Below are positions 48,646 to 63,191 of a stretch of 64,000 bases of DNA, piece after piece. Location: the NCBI RefSeq assembly GCF_009914755.1, contig NC_060933.1; one strand, written 5' to 3'. Every line of letters begins with the position of its first letter. Positions within the stretch are counted from its first letter, which is position 1. Origin of the DNA: the human T2T-CHM13v2.0 reference genome, Homo sapiens. The notes beneath the pieces were generated by a model. It saw only the letters and a list, made by a program, of their open reading frames with translations. It ran no database searches and was not told the origin of the DNA. A program made the translations under genes and the position numbers.

Positions 48646-50850
48646 TTAAAATGGTCAAATAATCTGAGTAGACATTTCTTCAAAAAAAAAATGCAAATAA
48701 CTAGTAAGCACATGAAAAGATACTCAACATCATCATTAGTCATTAGGGAAATGCTAATCGAAACCACAGTGAGATACTATTTCACAGCCTTTAAAATTGC
48801 TAAAGTAAAAAGCATGAGCAATAACAAGTGCTGGAGACAATGTGGAGAAATTGGGACACTCATACATTGTGAGGAGGGAATGTAGAATAGTACAGATACT
48901 GTGGAAAACTGTTTAGCAGTTGCTCAAAAAATTAAACATAAAGTTACCATTTGACCTATTGATTCTACTCCTAGGTGTATACTCAAGAGGAATGAAAACA
49001 TGTTTACACAAAAACTTGTACAGGGATGTTCATAGCCATATTCTTCACAGTAGCCAAAAGGTGGAAACAAACCAAATGCCCAATCATGGATGAATAGATA
49101 AGTAAAATGTGGTACATCCAAACATTGACATATTGTTCAGATGTAAAAAGGAATGAAATACTGATACGTACTACAACGTGAATGAACCTTGGAAACATTA
49201 TTCTAAGTGAAAGAAACCAGTTTTAAAAGACCACATATTTTATGCTTCTGTTTATGTAAAATGTCCAGAATAGACAAATCCACAGAGAATAGATTAGTGT
49301 CCACCAGGGACTGAGAGGAGAGGTCAGAATTGAGAGTACAGGTATGAGGTGTCTTTGGGGGGTGATGAATATGTTCTGGAATTAATGACGATGGTTGCAT
49401 AACCATGAATATACTAAAAGCCATTCAATTGTACACTTCCAGGGGGTGAATTTTATATTATATGAATCATAGCTCAAAAAAAAAAAAAAAACTTGAACAA
49501 TTGCAGAGTTGGGTTTCTAGGACCTGGAGCCAGAGACTCCTCTTGGAGGAGTGAATCAAGTAGTTCAAGATCAGAGTAGGAGTCGGTAGCCTAGGATAGA
49601 ATTTTTGAGGGCCAAGGAAAGAAGTTTCTTTTTAATCTTGGGAGCCATGGGCCAAGGAGGACCTTAGAGGGCCAGAAGAGCTTTAAAGTAGATATTCAAT
49701 ACAACTCAGAGGCAGAGGGGTTGCTACGACCCACTCTCTGAGGGGGCAAATTCTATGGAGACATTACCTAAGAATTACTAGAAGCATTAAGGGCAGAAAG
49801 CTTAGGAGCACTGTCAGCCTTCAGGCTAAATTCTATATTGCTTGGTATAATACACAGGCTTAAGAGAACTGGGAAGCACTTAATCCATATCATCCAAATA
49901 ACTAAGGCATCTCCTCCAGGAATACATCTATGTCCTACTTTCCTTGACTTCCATCCCCTCTTCTGTGCACCTCCAACCTGTAGCTCTGCCCTTACATTAG
50001 ATTGAAATTTTATTTTATATTTGTCTGTCCTACTAGGAATAGTACCAAGATGGTCAGGATGATGTTTTCCTCATCTCGTAACCCTAGGACCTAGCACAGG
50101 GCCTGAACCTGCCAAGAACCCAGCAAATGCTTGCTGAACCAAGGAAGAACCAAAGAGACTATAGGAATGTTTCATTCAGGGGAGAAAGATCTATTGATTA
50201 TATATATATATAATTTGTTTGTTCATAACATGGTAACAGGCTCACTATTTGTAGTAGTTTGTAACAAACACCTCTGTTTTGATGTGATGATTTTGTCAAG
50301 TAGTTATCAGGCTTACTCCTACTATACTAAAGTCCTTGAAGTCAGAGACTGTCTTACTCATCGTTTTATCCCTCCACGGCATCCAGTACACTGGCCTCTG
50401 TGCAATAGATGCTCAGTCATTGTTTATTAATTTAAATTTAGTTAAGCAAGTTTAGGACAAGTTGGCTTAGAAAAGAGTCTCAGATATATTAAGACAAAGT
50501 GCTAAAATTGACTTATGAGGGAAGGCTGGGTTTCTGTGTTTGTCAGTAAAATTGGTGCAGACCATCTTGTTGTCTGTGGAGACATGATCTAGGAAGTACT
50601 AGAAGCATTGATGGTGGAGAACTCCTCAGGAGTTACTTGTCCTGTTGCCTCCAGAAAGCTTGAATACTTGAGCATTTTTATTTTTATTATATTTCTTGAT
50701 TCTTTTGATTAAAGAGACAAAATCCCATGCTTAAATAGACATCTTCAGCAAGAAAGTGTGGGGATCTAGTGAAGTCTTCACTAGCAGCCAACATCCCAGT
50801 CTGATATACACAGGGGCATCCATCTCATCGTTTATCCTATCTTTTTTCAG

Positions 50851-50909
50851 AACATGAGAGATATCTGCAAGCCAACAACAAAGAATTCAACAGTATTTTT
50901 GGATATCCG
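50851..50909 (+). pseudogene. ATP8B5P: ATP8B5P exon, HERYLQANNKEFNSIFGYP
   Basis: ttttcag|AA...CCG|gtgagt; ER...AN...FN..F.Y motif of ATP8B proteins. Confidence 0.88.
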
Positions 50910-52090
50910 GTGAGTGTCATCCCTCTGGCTGTTTCAGAAGGGGGTCAGTATTCTCCTATAATATTCTTCTTTGTTGGGGGAGCGTGAAATTCTTTGTAGT
51001 TGTGGATCCTATAACACAGATTCTATTACACTTTCTTTCAAGCTCCTATACAATGCAATGAAGGCTCAGAAGCCAAAATTAATCTAGTGACATAAGCTAG
51101 GGAGAGAATGTCTTAGATTTCAGGTTTATATATAACTCCCAGAAAATAAATACTGTAGTTTTTCTTGCACAAATGAAAGCATAGTTCTACTTTTTTCACT
51201 TAGACATGTATCTGACAACACATACAGATATCCCTCATTTATTTAATAGCGACATTGTTTTCCATTATATTGATAAACCTGAATTTATTTAGTCAGTCTT
51301 CTATTGATGAACATTTAAATGTCTCCAGTGTTTTGCTATGCTAAATGGTGCTGAATGAACACCACTATACATATATTTTGGCACATTTGTGTGACTGTAT
51401 CTTATGAAAGTTTCCTAAAAGTAAATTGTCTGTTTCAAAAGAAAAACACACTAAAAATTAAAAATTATCAGAGGCCAGATTGCCCCCCAAAAGAATTATA
51501 TCCATTTATGTTTCTACTTAGAGACTGCCCGTTTCTCCACATTCCTGTCAAACTCATTATTATCAATCTTTGTCATCTTTGCCAGCTCTTAGATGAAAAT
51601 GACATACATGTTAATTAGCCTTTTGTATTTCTTTTTCTGGAAAATACCTATTAATGATCTTTGCCCACTTCCTATTGAATTGTTCATTTTTCACTTATTT
51701 ATGTGTCTATAACTAAGTAATTCATGAAAAGATATATATTGAAAAGGCATGCTCCAATACTCCATCCTTGTCCATATCTGCTCCCCTGAGGGAACCACTG
51801 TTAGTTTTCTTGTGTGTATTAATCAGATTAGTGTTTCTTTGTGCAAATAAAGCAAATACAAATATATAGTCTTATTTTCCTATTTTTACACTATTCTGAA
51901 CCTTAACAGTATATCCTGGAGATGTTTTCATCATCATAATTTCATAATAGTTTTTTTCTTTTTTTTCCTTTTTCAGCTATAATATATAGTATTTCCTCTG
52001 CAGATTTAACATATTTTATTTAACCAGTTCCTTTTAAATGGACATTTGGGTTGTTTTCAATCTTCTATGATCACAAGCAATGGTTTTATA

Positions 52091-52142
52091 CATAATATAA
52101 TTCCATGCATGTGTAGCATAATATAATTCCATGCATGTGTAG
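52091..52142. repeat. Perfect 26-bp tandem duplication
   Basis: (cataatataattccatgcatgtgtag)x2. Confidence 0.95.
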
Positions 52143-52233
52143 CTATGTATACATATACATAGCTATAATTATATAAAAATATATGTCTGCGGTCTCTGTG
52201 GGATATTAGTTTATGATTTCTGAGTGAGAGTGG

Positions 52234-52602
52234 TATATTAGTCCAATCTCACACTGCTATAAATAACTACCTGAGACTGGGTAATTTATGAAGAAAAGAG
52301 GTTTAATTGACTCACAGTTCCTCAGGCATAACTGGAAGCATGACTGGGACGCCGCAGGAAACTTACAATCCTGGCAGAAGGCAAAGGGGAAGCAAGCACC
52401 TTTTTCACGTGGTGGCAGGAAAGAGAGAGAGAGTGAGGAGGATCCTATACTTTTAAATCATCAGATCTTGTGAGAACACAAGAATAGCATGAGGGAAAGC
52501 CGCCTCCATGATTCAGTCACCTCCTACCAGGTCCCTCCCCAACACTGGGAGTTACAATTCAACATGGTATTTGGGTGGGGGACACAGAGCCAAACCATAT
52601 CA
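52234..52602 (-). mobile_element. MST/THE1 MaLR solo LTR
   Basis: tattagtcc...actacctgagactgggtaatttatgaagaaaagagg...gccaaaccatatca. Confidence 0.88.
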
Positions 52603-52699
52603 AATAGTTCTGGATAATAATAGTATCCAAGATATGACCATGAAAGCAGGTTTTTCTCTTCTCTATCTTCTAGACCTACGTAACAAGCAGTGGGGACAG

Positions 52700-52865
52700 T
52701 AAATCTAGGTTTGGGCATCAGACAGATCTGAGTTTGAATATAGCTCAGCCTTTACTAACCTTAATGTCTTAGGCAAGTTTGTTAACTTCTCTGATCTTCA
52801 GTTCTTTCATCTGTAAAATGGGCATAATAATGTTCACCTTGCATGGTGGTCGTAGGAGTTAAGTA
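52700..52865 (+). mobile_element. MIR SINE
   Basis: tcagacagatctgagtttgaat...ttaggcaagt...tcatctgtaaaatgggcataata. Confidence 0.7.
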
Positions 52866-53964
52866 TGGTTCTGAAAATGTTAGTTCTGTTTCTCCAAAAA
52901 ACTATTAGCCCTTGGAAAAAGGGTATCTCATTTATCTCTGTATACACAGTATATTTGTGATACAGTTTCTATCACAATGTTGTGCACACAGCCAACATTC
53001 AATAAATATATATTGAATATTGAATGAGTGAATGAACAGATCTGACTGATTCTGATATATTTAACACCATTTCATTTCCCTGGCCCTGAGCATTGCTCAT
53101 TTTCCTATTTCTCTAACTTCTTCCACTGTGACTCCTTGTCATCTTCCTAACTCCTAACTACTGATTCTCATTATATCCTTGGCCTTTTATTCTCTTCTAT
53201 TTTCCCAATTAACCTTCAGTCCCATATCACTGCCCAAAGAAAAAAATAACCAAACCAAAATTAACCACCTCTTATCATGTTTAAATTTTATCACCTCTGC
53301 CAAAAGGACTAAACTCTGAGGAACTTCATAGTTAAGGAGATGTTATTAGGATATTGCTTCTGGTTTTACATTTAAGAGCAAAATGAAACGCTCTAGTTGC
53401 CAAGTTAATAAATAAATACCTGTACTTCTATCTTGAGGCAGAATGCTACCTACGTGAGTAGAAACCTGAAATATATTAAATGGCTATAAAATCAAATGGA
53501 AAATCAACAGTGAAGGCTAGCTACATCAGTAAGGCCACCTCTCAGAAGATCTTTGGGTCCAAGTATCACAGCCATCTGGACTTAAACACTGAGAAATTCA
53601 AAGTATCTTATGATCAAAGAAAGCTATTTCCATGTTAGAATTACATACTCTCATGATGAGAAGGGCCTGTAGAGATCATTTTACTAGAACTTCGTTCAAG
53701 ACAGACCATGAGCTTCTCCAGAAGGGATCCTGTCTAATTATTTTTCAGCCTCCACTAGTATAGTCCAGCATAAGGCTGTGAAAAGAGCAAGCCTTGAGAA
53801 ATGCTATACTGTCTGATTGATTATTATTTGGAAAATCATGGAGAGAACACCAAGGAAATCTTAGTTTTGGCTTGGATCTCTAAACTCCTAAGTGCTAAGC
53901 TATTTGACCAGCTTCTCATCCCTAAGGAAATAGGTAGGTTCTTCTTTTAAAAAAAACAAAACAA

Positions 53965-54100
53965 ACAAACTTGTATTTAAGTTCAGGGGCACATGTGCAG
54001 GATGTGCAGGTTTGTTACATAGGTAAGCCTGTGTCATGGGGATTTTTTGTACAGATTATTTAATCACCCAGGTATTAAGCCTAGTATCCATTAGTTATTT
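53965..54100 (-). mobile_element. L1PA 3'-end fragment
   Basis: ggggcacatgtgcaggatgtgcaggtttgttacataggtaa...atcacccaggtattaagcctagt. Confidence 0.8.
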
Positions 54101-54913
54101 TTATTCTTTTGTTCTGTCCTTTTAAATGGAAGAGGTAGGAGATGAGCCCTGAACTTAGGGAATTATTTGGTCTTATTCTCCTGCTTTTAGAGCTCTTAGA
54201 TTTGAGCTCTGACATCTTAGGACAAATGATTTAAGACTCCAAGGTAGAAAGTAAGATGGTCCTGTGAACATCTTGAGATCAGAATTGAGGAAGTAGACAA
54301 GTTCCCATTTTCACTGAGCAAAATAGTAGCTTAGATATAAGCCAAAACTCTTTAAATCCTCTTAGGACAATTAAGGGCCAAATGATTCTCCAATGCTGAT
54401 AGTGACCCCTATAGAAACCTTCAGTGGGCTAGGATTGAAAGACAGTTTTTTGCTTTTAGCATCTGACGTCCTTCAACATTGCAAAAAACACAGAAAGGCA
54501 CACCAAACTGAGTTTGCTCAGCTAAGAAAAGCTTTGTTAGAGAGCTCTGGATGCAGTACCTCAATTTCCTCATCCTCAAAAGTACCCCCTTCATAGGATT
54601 GTTGTGAGGAGTAAATGAGTTGCTACATATAAAATGCTAGAACAGTGCCTTTCACGAAGTAAGTACTCAATAAATGTAAGTTTTTATTGCTGTTGATTTG
54701 ATTATCATTATTACTATCAATAACATCAATAAGCAAGAACTCTATCAGGGCAGAGATACATTCCCCCAAGTACCCAACAGTCTTGCCATCTTTCTACCTT
54801 CTAGGCCTCTCTAGGGGTAGACTGGGAAGTAGGCGCAGCTGCTTATCAACCCAGTTTTGAGCTGTCTTTTGTCTAATTGTGTATTTCTTGTTTATTTGTT
54901 TGTTTACTCACAG

Positions 54914-55027
54914 AACAATGCCATCAAGACCTCAAAATATAGTGTCTTTAATTTCCTGCCCCTGAACCTATTTGAACAGTTCCAGAGACTTGCAAATGCA
55001 TATTTCCTCATTTTGCTATTTTTACAG
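54914..55027 (+). pseudogene. ATP8B5P: ATP8B5P exon, [38 protein letters not shown]
   Basis: tcacag|AAC...CAG|gtattg; 114 nt; P4-ATPase N-terminus and TM1. Confidence 0.93.
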
Positions 55028-55872
55028 GTATTGCTTTTGGGGGCCTTTTTCACAGAGTATTTTATAAACCTCTCTGGGGTCAGGCTGTGTAATCAGTTTT
55101 TCTCCTCCCTAAATTGGGAAATGTCTTCTCTCTTTAGACAACAGGAACGTGGATGGCTGGAGTCTCAGACCAGTCCCTTAGAATAGCTGTGGTCAGGATT
55201 AGCTAGTGTATAGCAAGCCTCTACACAAGGAAAGGGACAAGGTCACCACATCCCAAGGAAGGGGAGCTCCTCATCATGGCTGTATTGCCACAGTTCAGTT
55301 TGACCATAGGGGGCTACAGAATTCTTCACCCCAACCACAACTCCAACTCTATTCCTCCTTCTTGTCCCAGCCTCCTTGACATAAAATTAACATATGGGAG
55401 TGCTAAAGAAGGTTTAGAATGGTTTAGAATATGAGTGCCAGCATAAGAACAGGAAGCAGGGCAGGGTAGGCCCAAATTGGGAGACAGGGACAGGTCATCT
55501 CACTCCTCCTTGTACTGAAGGGTGTGGGAGAGCATGTAGTTTTTCTGTATCTACTTTTACCCACTCTCCATACCCATTACTTTTCACTGTCAAAGGAGAA
55601 ATGGGTCTTTGCCATCAACACAAAGGTAGTGGGGTTCAGGATAGATAGGTAGCAACTTATAGCCTTTTATTCTTTTATCCTCCCTTGGGAAATGTTTACT
55701 TATATTTGGGGGGTTATATGAAAGATACAACAGTGGAAAGCAACTAGGATAGTTGGATTTAGTATGAACAAATGGAGGTGAAAATGATGTTGAGGGTGAG
55801 GGATGTGGTGGGGGGGAATGTATTATCCTTTCAGTTTTCTGACCCAAGATCCTCTCCCTTTCCCTCTCTTAG

Positions 55873-55972
55873 TTGATTCCCCAGATCTCCTCCTTGACAT
55901 GGTATACAACTATAACACCCCTGATGGTGGTGCTGTCCATTAACAGCTGTGAAAGATGCCATCGATGACCTG
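55873..55972 (+). pseudogene. ATP8B5P: ATP8B5P exon with +1 frameshift, LIPQISSLTWYTTITPLMVVLSI/TAVKDAIDDL
   Basis: 100 nt; ATT-A-ACA-GCT-GTG-AAA-GAT extra base leads to TGA at 55966-55968. Confidence 0.9.
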
Positions 55973-57535
55973 GTGAAGTAGCTTCCTGGGCCTCTACTTC
56001 CTCACTGCACCTAGTCAGACTGTGGGCATGAAGGACTTCCCAGAACTACCTAGTGCTAACAAGAAACCCTGAATGGAAAGAGATATTTCCTTTCTTCTTT
56101 CCTTATTCATCCCAGAGTAATATGCAGTACCTTTAGGCCCAAGATTGGTGGTCTGTGTATGGCCAGAAAGGGGCAAAACAAGGCCTTTCTCTATCTTCCT
56201 ACTGCCACCACTTTTAGCCCCTCTCCTGAGCCTCCTTCCATCTTTAATAACCCACTCTTTCTTTACTCCTCTCTTAGCTTTTTCTAGCTTTGTTCTCATC
56301 CTTTTTCCTCTGCTCCTCCTTCTCCTACTCTATATTCCCTTTGCCTTCCTCTATCTGCCCCTGCTCCATCTCTCCTATTCTTTCTCTTTCTTCTCTCCAC
56401 ATTTCCTGTCTCCTCTCGAACTCTATTTTCCTTTCCAACTTTCAATTCTGTTAAGTGTGCACAGCTAGGAACCCTCTGTCCTGGCTTTGAAAGAGAAACT
56501 GGCTCACAGTGAGTGCTGCATGGCTTCCTCTTTGCCTCTTACAGCAGGCCCAGCATAGAGGGGTGAGAGTAAGGACCCAGTACCATGCCTACTAGTAGGA
56601 TTTGGAAAGCCAGTCCTATAGACCTGCTTGCAGTTTCCCTAAGAGGGTCTTTCTGATTTTGCCAGAATAGATTTTTAGCCTAGTTTGAGAGCACCTTGTT
56701 TCCTCAGCACTTTATCTCTATAAACCCAGGATTAGCATGTTGTGGTTTACCTTTCAGTCACAACTTAGATGTACGAAAATATAACTTTATTTCTCTATAA
56801 CTGAACTCAGTTTAGCTTATAACCACATGCATACCCCATCTTAACTCTCTCCAGTGAGAACCAAAAATTAATTTACCAATTCATGGTAACCCAATTACTT
56901 CTGGCTTAGAATTCAGTCTCTTTATGATAAATATTTGGACAATTTTGAATTCTGACAAATTCAGGATTCTCTCTGCCCCACTCCCAGTCCTACCCTTTAC
57001 TCAGGGAGTAATCTCAACTGGAAGGAAGATATTTATGTGAATCCTGGCATCAGGACATAGCCTCTATTTGTTTCCCTTCTATTTGATCTTTAAATATTGG
57101 CCTCTTTCCTCAGCCACTATAGAAGCTTCTGTATGTCAACCATGGTTGGAGGTAGGGTAGGAGTCTGCTTGAGAATACTCAGCTTTCCCAGCACCTACCC
57201 AGGCAGACAGAATTCTGTAGCCCTGCCCATCATTTGGATTGTGTCCTCTGCAGCTTTTGATATGTTATTCTCATTCCTCCAGGTTTTTTGCTTTTGATAT
57301 TTAAAACTAAAATTTTGTCTCTTTCTTCTCCCTGGATTCTTTTCCTGCCCTCTCTTCCCAGCTTCCCAGAGATAATCAACCTCTTGGCCTAGTTTGAAGG
57401 AAAGAAGGGCTTGGGACAGGGGAAAAGGAGAATTACAAAGAAGGGAACTACATTGTGTAATATTTCAAAATGTTAATCTTCTATATGCAGTTTGTTATAG
57501 GTCTATTTCCTGAACATTTTCTTGTGTGATTTTAG

Positions 57536-57597
57536 AAAAGGCATCAAAGTGACGATCGAGTCAACAACCAGCCTGTTCTGCTACTGGTGAATGGCAA
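57536..57597 (+). pseudogene. ATP8B5P: ATP8B5P exon, KRHQSDDRVNNQPVLLLVNG
   Basis: ttttag|AAA...AA|gtaagt; 62 nt. Confidence 0.9.
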
Positions 57598-58558
57598 GTA
57601 AGTTCTTCTAGAGAAGCTGGTTTAGGTAGGACCAGTCCTGAAAAAGGGTTGGGTTTAGCTCAGGACAATGAAAAGAACCTCAGACATAGAAATAATTTGT
57701 TTCTAGATCTAGCATGCCCTGAATTTGTCATGTCACCTCAGATATCTATGTGGGCCTCATTTTTCTTTTTTATAAGATAGAAATAATATTCTCTACCTTA
57801 GAGGATGCTTGTGAAAATAGAAAGGAAATAATATATATTAAAGCAATTAATATTTTATAACATGATATTACTATGCAAGTGATATTATTAGTGTGGTAGT
57901 TAGCATGGAAACATCTGTCTTTAGAACATTAATGGATTCTGACATGGTTTTTGTCCATTCTACTATAGCCTTTGGTCAGGTCATCTTTTCTGTTAAAAAT
58001 CTAAACAGAGTATTGATGTTGGCCCCACTGCTGTAGTGTTTGGTCATAGCTATCTAAAGTGTTGCAGGAATGGAAGAAGGCAGGCATATTCCTATGTAAG
58101 GCAAAATATGAAGACTATCCTAAGAGGTACAAAAAATTACTATGGGAATTAATAAAAATATGCAATTATAACTGGTTAAAGGAATCAAGGAAGACTTTCT
58201 GGAAGAGGTGTAGTGTTTGTACTAGGCCTTAAGGGAAGGGGAAGAATTCAACAAGTAGAGATTGTGTTAAAGGAAAAGTGACCAGTGTGGGCAGAAGCAT
58301 GATTGCAAGAAAGTGCAAACCTGAAGGAGTTCAGGATTGAGGTCCAGCCTTTATCATGGTGGCCTTACTGAACACCCAATAGCTATAGTATTTATCATAT
58401 AATTCTATCATCTCAAGAGCTTGGGCAGCTAATCCTGTTGTGTATTTTGTCTGCTGATTCTTACACACGATGGATTGTTTCCTCAAGAGTTTTGACCTGT
58501 TGAAATGTCCCATAAGATACCGCCAAAAAAGTCAGTTGTAGTTAAAAAGAAAAGTAGA

Positions 58559-58950
<392 letters not shown>

Positions 58951-60510
58951 TCACCCAAGTAGCTTGAGCACTTGGGTTTTATAAGATTATTGAAGAATTT
59001 GTCACAGAGGGATTTTAAGGTGGGAGTTAACAGGCAAGGCCCTGGTTAGACTTTGTAAGCTACCGAGTATCTGATTAGATTAATATGCAGAGGTGAGGTT
59101 GGTTGTTGAAACAGTCTGTGTTCCAGAAAACAGCTTTCTTTTTGTAGAACACATGGGTATAAACAGAGCTGCTATTTTAAAAGTTTGTCTATTTTATAAG
59201 CTGTAATTTTTGTCATTTTTCATTTCTCAATAATTTTGTTTACAAACACATCATTAGTAGAACTTTAAGGGAATTCTAAGTGGCTGGAGGAGAGGTTGTG
59301 TCCCTCTATAAGGGTTTGTGTTTGTTTCTGTGAGTTGACTCAAGGGTATTACCTGCTGATACCTAATTTGAAAGAAGTATAAATTTGAGCCCCATCCAAT
59401 ATGAGGTTACAGATTTTCAGGGAAGAGTCCTCCATTCACTGACCCCCACAACCCTCCAGACTAAGATAGACAAACTTTCTTGCCAGTGAGCCGATTTTTT
59501 TTAGACCACTCTTTCACTAATGGTGTTGCCCCTCAAGGGTCCTGACTTTATGAGAAATTCTTAGTTTCAACTCACTGACTCTCAAAATCATAAGGCTTTA
59601 TCTCTTGTCCCTCTGGTGGGAGAAATTGAAATTCAAATTATTAGATTATTAAGACTGGCAATCCCTCCCCAACCCAAGGCAAGAACAGCTTCAGAACATG
59701 CTTACTGTTTTGGACTACAGGATTGAGTATTTTAAATCAGTAAGGAATGTCTTCACCTCTCCCAAATCTGGGACACATGATTGTTATAATGTCCAGGAAC
59801 AAATTGGTAATAGTTTGGCAGCTCCTTATGTAAGAAATTATTAATTTTTATATCTCCAGGAGAAGCTAGAATGTGACAGCACTTGTTCTTCTTTATGTTT
59901 TACTGGTGACAACCGTGGAAGATAGAATGCCAGAGTAACAGTGAATGTCAAGTCAAGGCAAAATAAAACAAAGACCCAGATGTCTGTCTCCAAGGCTTAT
60001 AGCTACTATTCTACAGTACTATCAGAAAATTCTTTAAAAGAAACAGTGGATTTATATAAAAGGACTTTTTTGGAAAATTTGGCCCTCCTCAAAGCAGCTG
60101 TCTTCTTAGGAAAGGTGTTCTAGGAATACCCATGCCTATGTGTAGCTGGCAAAGTGGTGATGTATGTCATGCCCTGCAGATAGCAATCCTGCATTCAGAG
60201 ACAAAACAGACAGTGGACTGTAGACTTTTTCCCGCTCTTTGGGTGCTTGGCATAATATAACTGTTGCAAGGATATAGCTCATGTTTCCAAAATGCTTGTG
60301 GCAATATGTACATTCTTCTTAGTCCTTTCTCAGAGAGGAAGGATTTATGGACCCTGTGTATTTGGGGAAATTGAGGTTAAAAAAAAAAAAAAAAGAGGAG
60401 GGCAGAGAACCACCATTATTGTAGAATCTGCTCATATTGCCAGGCTGCCTTTTATGGAAAGTAGGGATTTGAGGATCAAAGATAATCTAATTTTAACCTA
60501 AGTAGATAAA

Positions 60511-60803
60511 GGCCAGGCGCAGTGGCTCACACCTGTAATCCTAGCACTTTGGGAGGCTGAGGCAGGCGGATCACGAGGTCAGGAGTTCGAGACCAGCCTG
60601 GCTAACATGGTGAAACCTCATCTCTACTAAAAATACAAAAATTAGCTGGGTGTGGTGGTGCAAGCCTGTAGTCCCAGCTATTCGGGAGGCTGAGGCAGAA
60701 GAATCACTTGAACCCAGGAGGCAGAGGTTGTAGTGAGCTGAGATCATGCCACTGTACTCCAGCCTGGGAGACAGAGCGAGACTGTGTCTCAAAAAAAACA
60801 AAA
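60511..60803 (+). mobile_element. Alu (AluS-type)
   Basis: TSD taagtagataaa. Confidence 0.92.
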
Positions 60804-61134
60804 CGTAAGTAGATAAAATTGATGTGACCTTATGACAGAACACATTTAAGCTATCAAAAAGAATGAGCTACATCTTCTATAAGTGCTCTCCAAGATGGAT
60901 TGTTAAATGAAAAATGCAAAGTGCAGAAAATTATGTATCTAGTACGTGGCTTTTAAATGTGATTTAGATGTGTATTATATGTGATTACATGGATTGGTAT
61001 TTTCTAGAAATAAATACAAAAATATTATTAACAGCAGCTATCTTTGGGGAGCAAAACTAAAGGCTGGAAATAGAAAAGACTTTAATTTTTCCTTTTACAC
61101 ACTTTACCATTGGAACTATTTTACTTTAAAAACC

Positions 61135-61267
61135 TTTTTTTTTTTAATGTTTTTGAGGCAGGGCCTTGCTGTATTGCTCAGGCTGGTCTCGAACTGCTGG
61201 CCTCAAGCAATCCTCCCACTCAGCCTCCCAAAGTGCTAGGATTACAGGAATGAGCCACGAGACCTGG

Positions 61268-61268
<1 letters not shown>
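61135..61268 (-). mobile_element. Alu monomer (FLAM-like), followed by a long A run (~61270-61298)
   Basis: Single arm. Confidence 0.8.
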
Positions 61269-61301
<33 letters not shown>

Positions 61302-61531
61302 ATGTGCTTATATGTCTACAGGTACTTTTGTAGGGCTTTAGAACCCTTATAGCCTGAAGTCAAGAGAAATGGGCCCCACTCTTGATTGCAGCAAGGATGC
61401 ATCACAGAACAGTTTGAGCCTTGTCTTTATTCCTTTCAGCCTTTTTTGGAGGGTGGGGAATCATCTTGATTGTCAAAGCAGAGCCTTGGGGAAATTCTCA
61501 GAGCAGATATTCAAGGGTCATTTTCTTACAG

Positions 61532-61604
61532 GATAAAGGAGGACAAATGGATGAATGTTCAAGTGGGAGATATAATAAAACTAGAAAATAATCAGCCTGT
61601 CATG
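61532..61604 (+). pseudogene. ATP8B5P: ATP8B5P exon, IKEDKWMNVQVGDIIKLENNQPVM
   Basis: ttacag|G...ATG|gtgagt; 73 nt. Confidence 0.92.
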
Positions 61605-61956
61605 GTGAGTACCTCTTTTGGCTGTGACTTGTTCTTTTTTGGATTGAGTGGGTACCAGGGACTCTTGGAGCACTTCTGCTACCACTCCTTTTGGTGACCT
61701 TTGTTGCCCATTTTGCATCAGAAATCAACAGCTCTTGCAGTAAGAAGCTTGTTCTTGCCTATTTCTCACTGTAGTTACAGGGAAAGTGTGAGTAGCTTTG
61801 GGAGAGGGTGTATGATAGCAGTGAAAGAAAGTAAATCAGTGTCTGTAAAATGCTTAGGTTGAACATCTGTTCCTAAGGTGACTGCTTTTGTCACACTGTA
61901 ATGTTAACAGCCCACCTTCCTGCTTTCCTGACTTTTTTTGACTTTTCTGACTACAG

Positions 61957-62027
61957 GCAGATATACTATTACTCTCTAGCAGTGAGCCATATAGTCTGAC
62001 ATACATAGAGACAGCAGACCTGGATGG
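61957..62027 (+). pseudogene. ATP8B5P: ATP8B5P exon, ADILLLSSSEPYSLTYIETADLD
   Basis: ctacag|GCA...GG|gtaagt; 71 nt. Confidence 0.92.
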
Positions 62028-62738
62028 GTAAGTGTTCCCTCCTGATGCTCCATTAAGATGATTTAGCCAGCTTAGAGTGGTCTCTCACTGAGGGACAGCA
62101 TTAGGCAGGGAATTAATTTTATTCTCAGATGGAATATTGAATAGGTGAGCCAGAGAGCCTAGAAATATCCAGATAAGAGAAGATGGACACCACATCGTTG
62201 GGACCCTCAAGTCTAAGACTGAGCTCTTGACAGGAACAATTGAGCATTCACTGGGCACAGAATAGGGCAAATAAACCCCACATTCTCCATCTCTAAATTG
62301 GAGACACTCTGGCCATATTCTATAAGGCTGAGTAGCAGGAAAGAGGATAACAGAACTGTAACATTTCAGAGTACAGTTTCAAAGTTTCCAAGGGAAAAAA
62401 TGTGAATATAAACATATCTATTCACTGATAAAATACCATGTTCTATAAAGGATTTAAGGTAGACATTTATTAACATCCAAAAGCTAAGGTCTTAGGAGGA
62501 TAGAGCCATCTGCAGAAAGCTTATCCTGGAGAGTTTTGTATTGATCTTCATTCCTACAACTGTACTTCTTGATGCACACAATTTTTTGAAACATGGATTC
62601 CATTTTTCTTTTTGTCTATGCATTCCAGCAAGCAGTTACTTAAGAGCCTGTCATGGGCCCCATAAATATTTATGAGGTGTGGAGTATGTTTCCTCGGAGG
62701 TATGTGCAAGTTTTTACCAGGATCTGCTCCTTATTCTT

Positions 62739-62887
62739 TTTTTAAAAAATTAAATTTAATTAAAAAAAATAGAGACAGGGTCTCGCTGTGTTGTCCAGGC
62801 TGGCCTTGAACTCCTGAGCTCAAGTGATCCTCCCGCCTTGGCCTTCCAAACTGCTAGGATCACAGGCGTGAGCAACCATGTCTGGCC
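62739..62887 (-). mobile_element. Alu monomer (FLAM-like)
   Basis: Single arm; flanked by ctccttattctt. Confidence 0.8.
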
Positions 62888-62898
62888 ATACTCCTTAT

Positions 62899-62900
<2 letters not shown>

Positions 62901-62931
<31 letters not shown>

Positions 62932-63191
62932 AGATGGAGTCTAGCTCTGTTCCCCAGGCTGGAGTACAGTGGTGCAGTCTCGGCTCACTGCAAGCTCCGC
63001 CTCCCAGGTTCATGCCATTCTCCTGCCTCAGCCTCCCTAGTAGCTGAGACTACAGGCGCCCACCACCACGCCCAGCTAATTTTTTGTATTTTTAGTAGAG
63101 ACAGGGTTTCACTGTGTTAGCCAGGATGGTCTCGATCTCCTGACCTCGTGATCCGCCCACCTCGGCCTCCCAAAGTGCTGGGATTACAGGC
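62901..63191 (-). mobile_element. Alu (AluY-type), slightly 5'-truncated
   Basis: TSD catactccttattctt at 62887-62902 and 63191-63206. Confidence 0.92.

Noticed and set aside
56145-56468. Hydrophobic 107-aa ORF resembling a membrane protein
   Set aside because: Translation of a CT-rich low-complexity intronic tract
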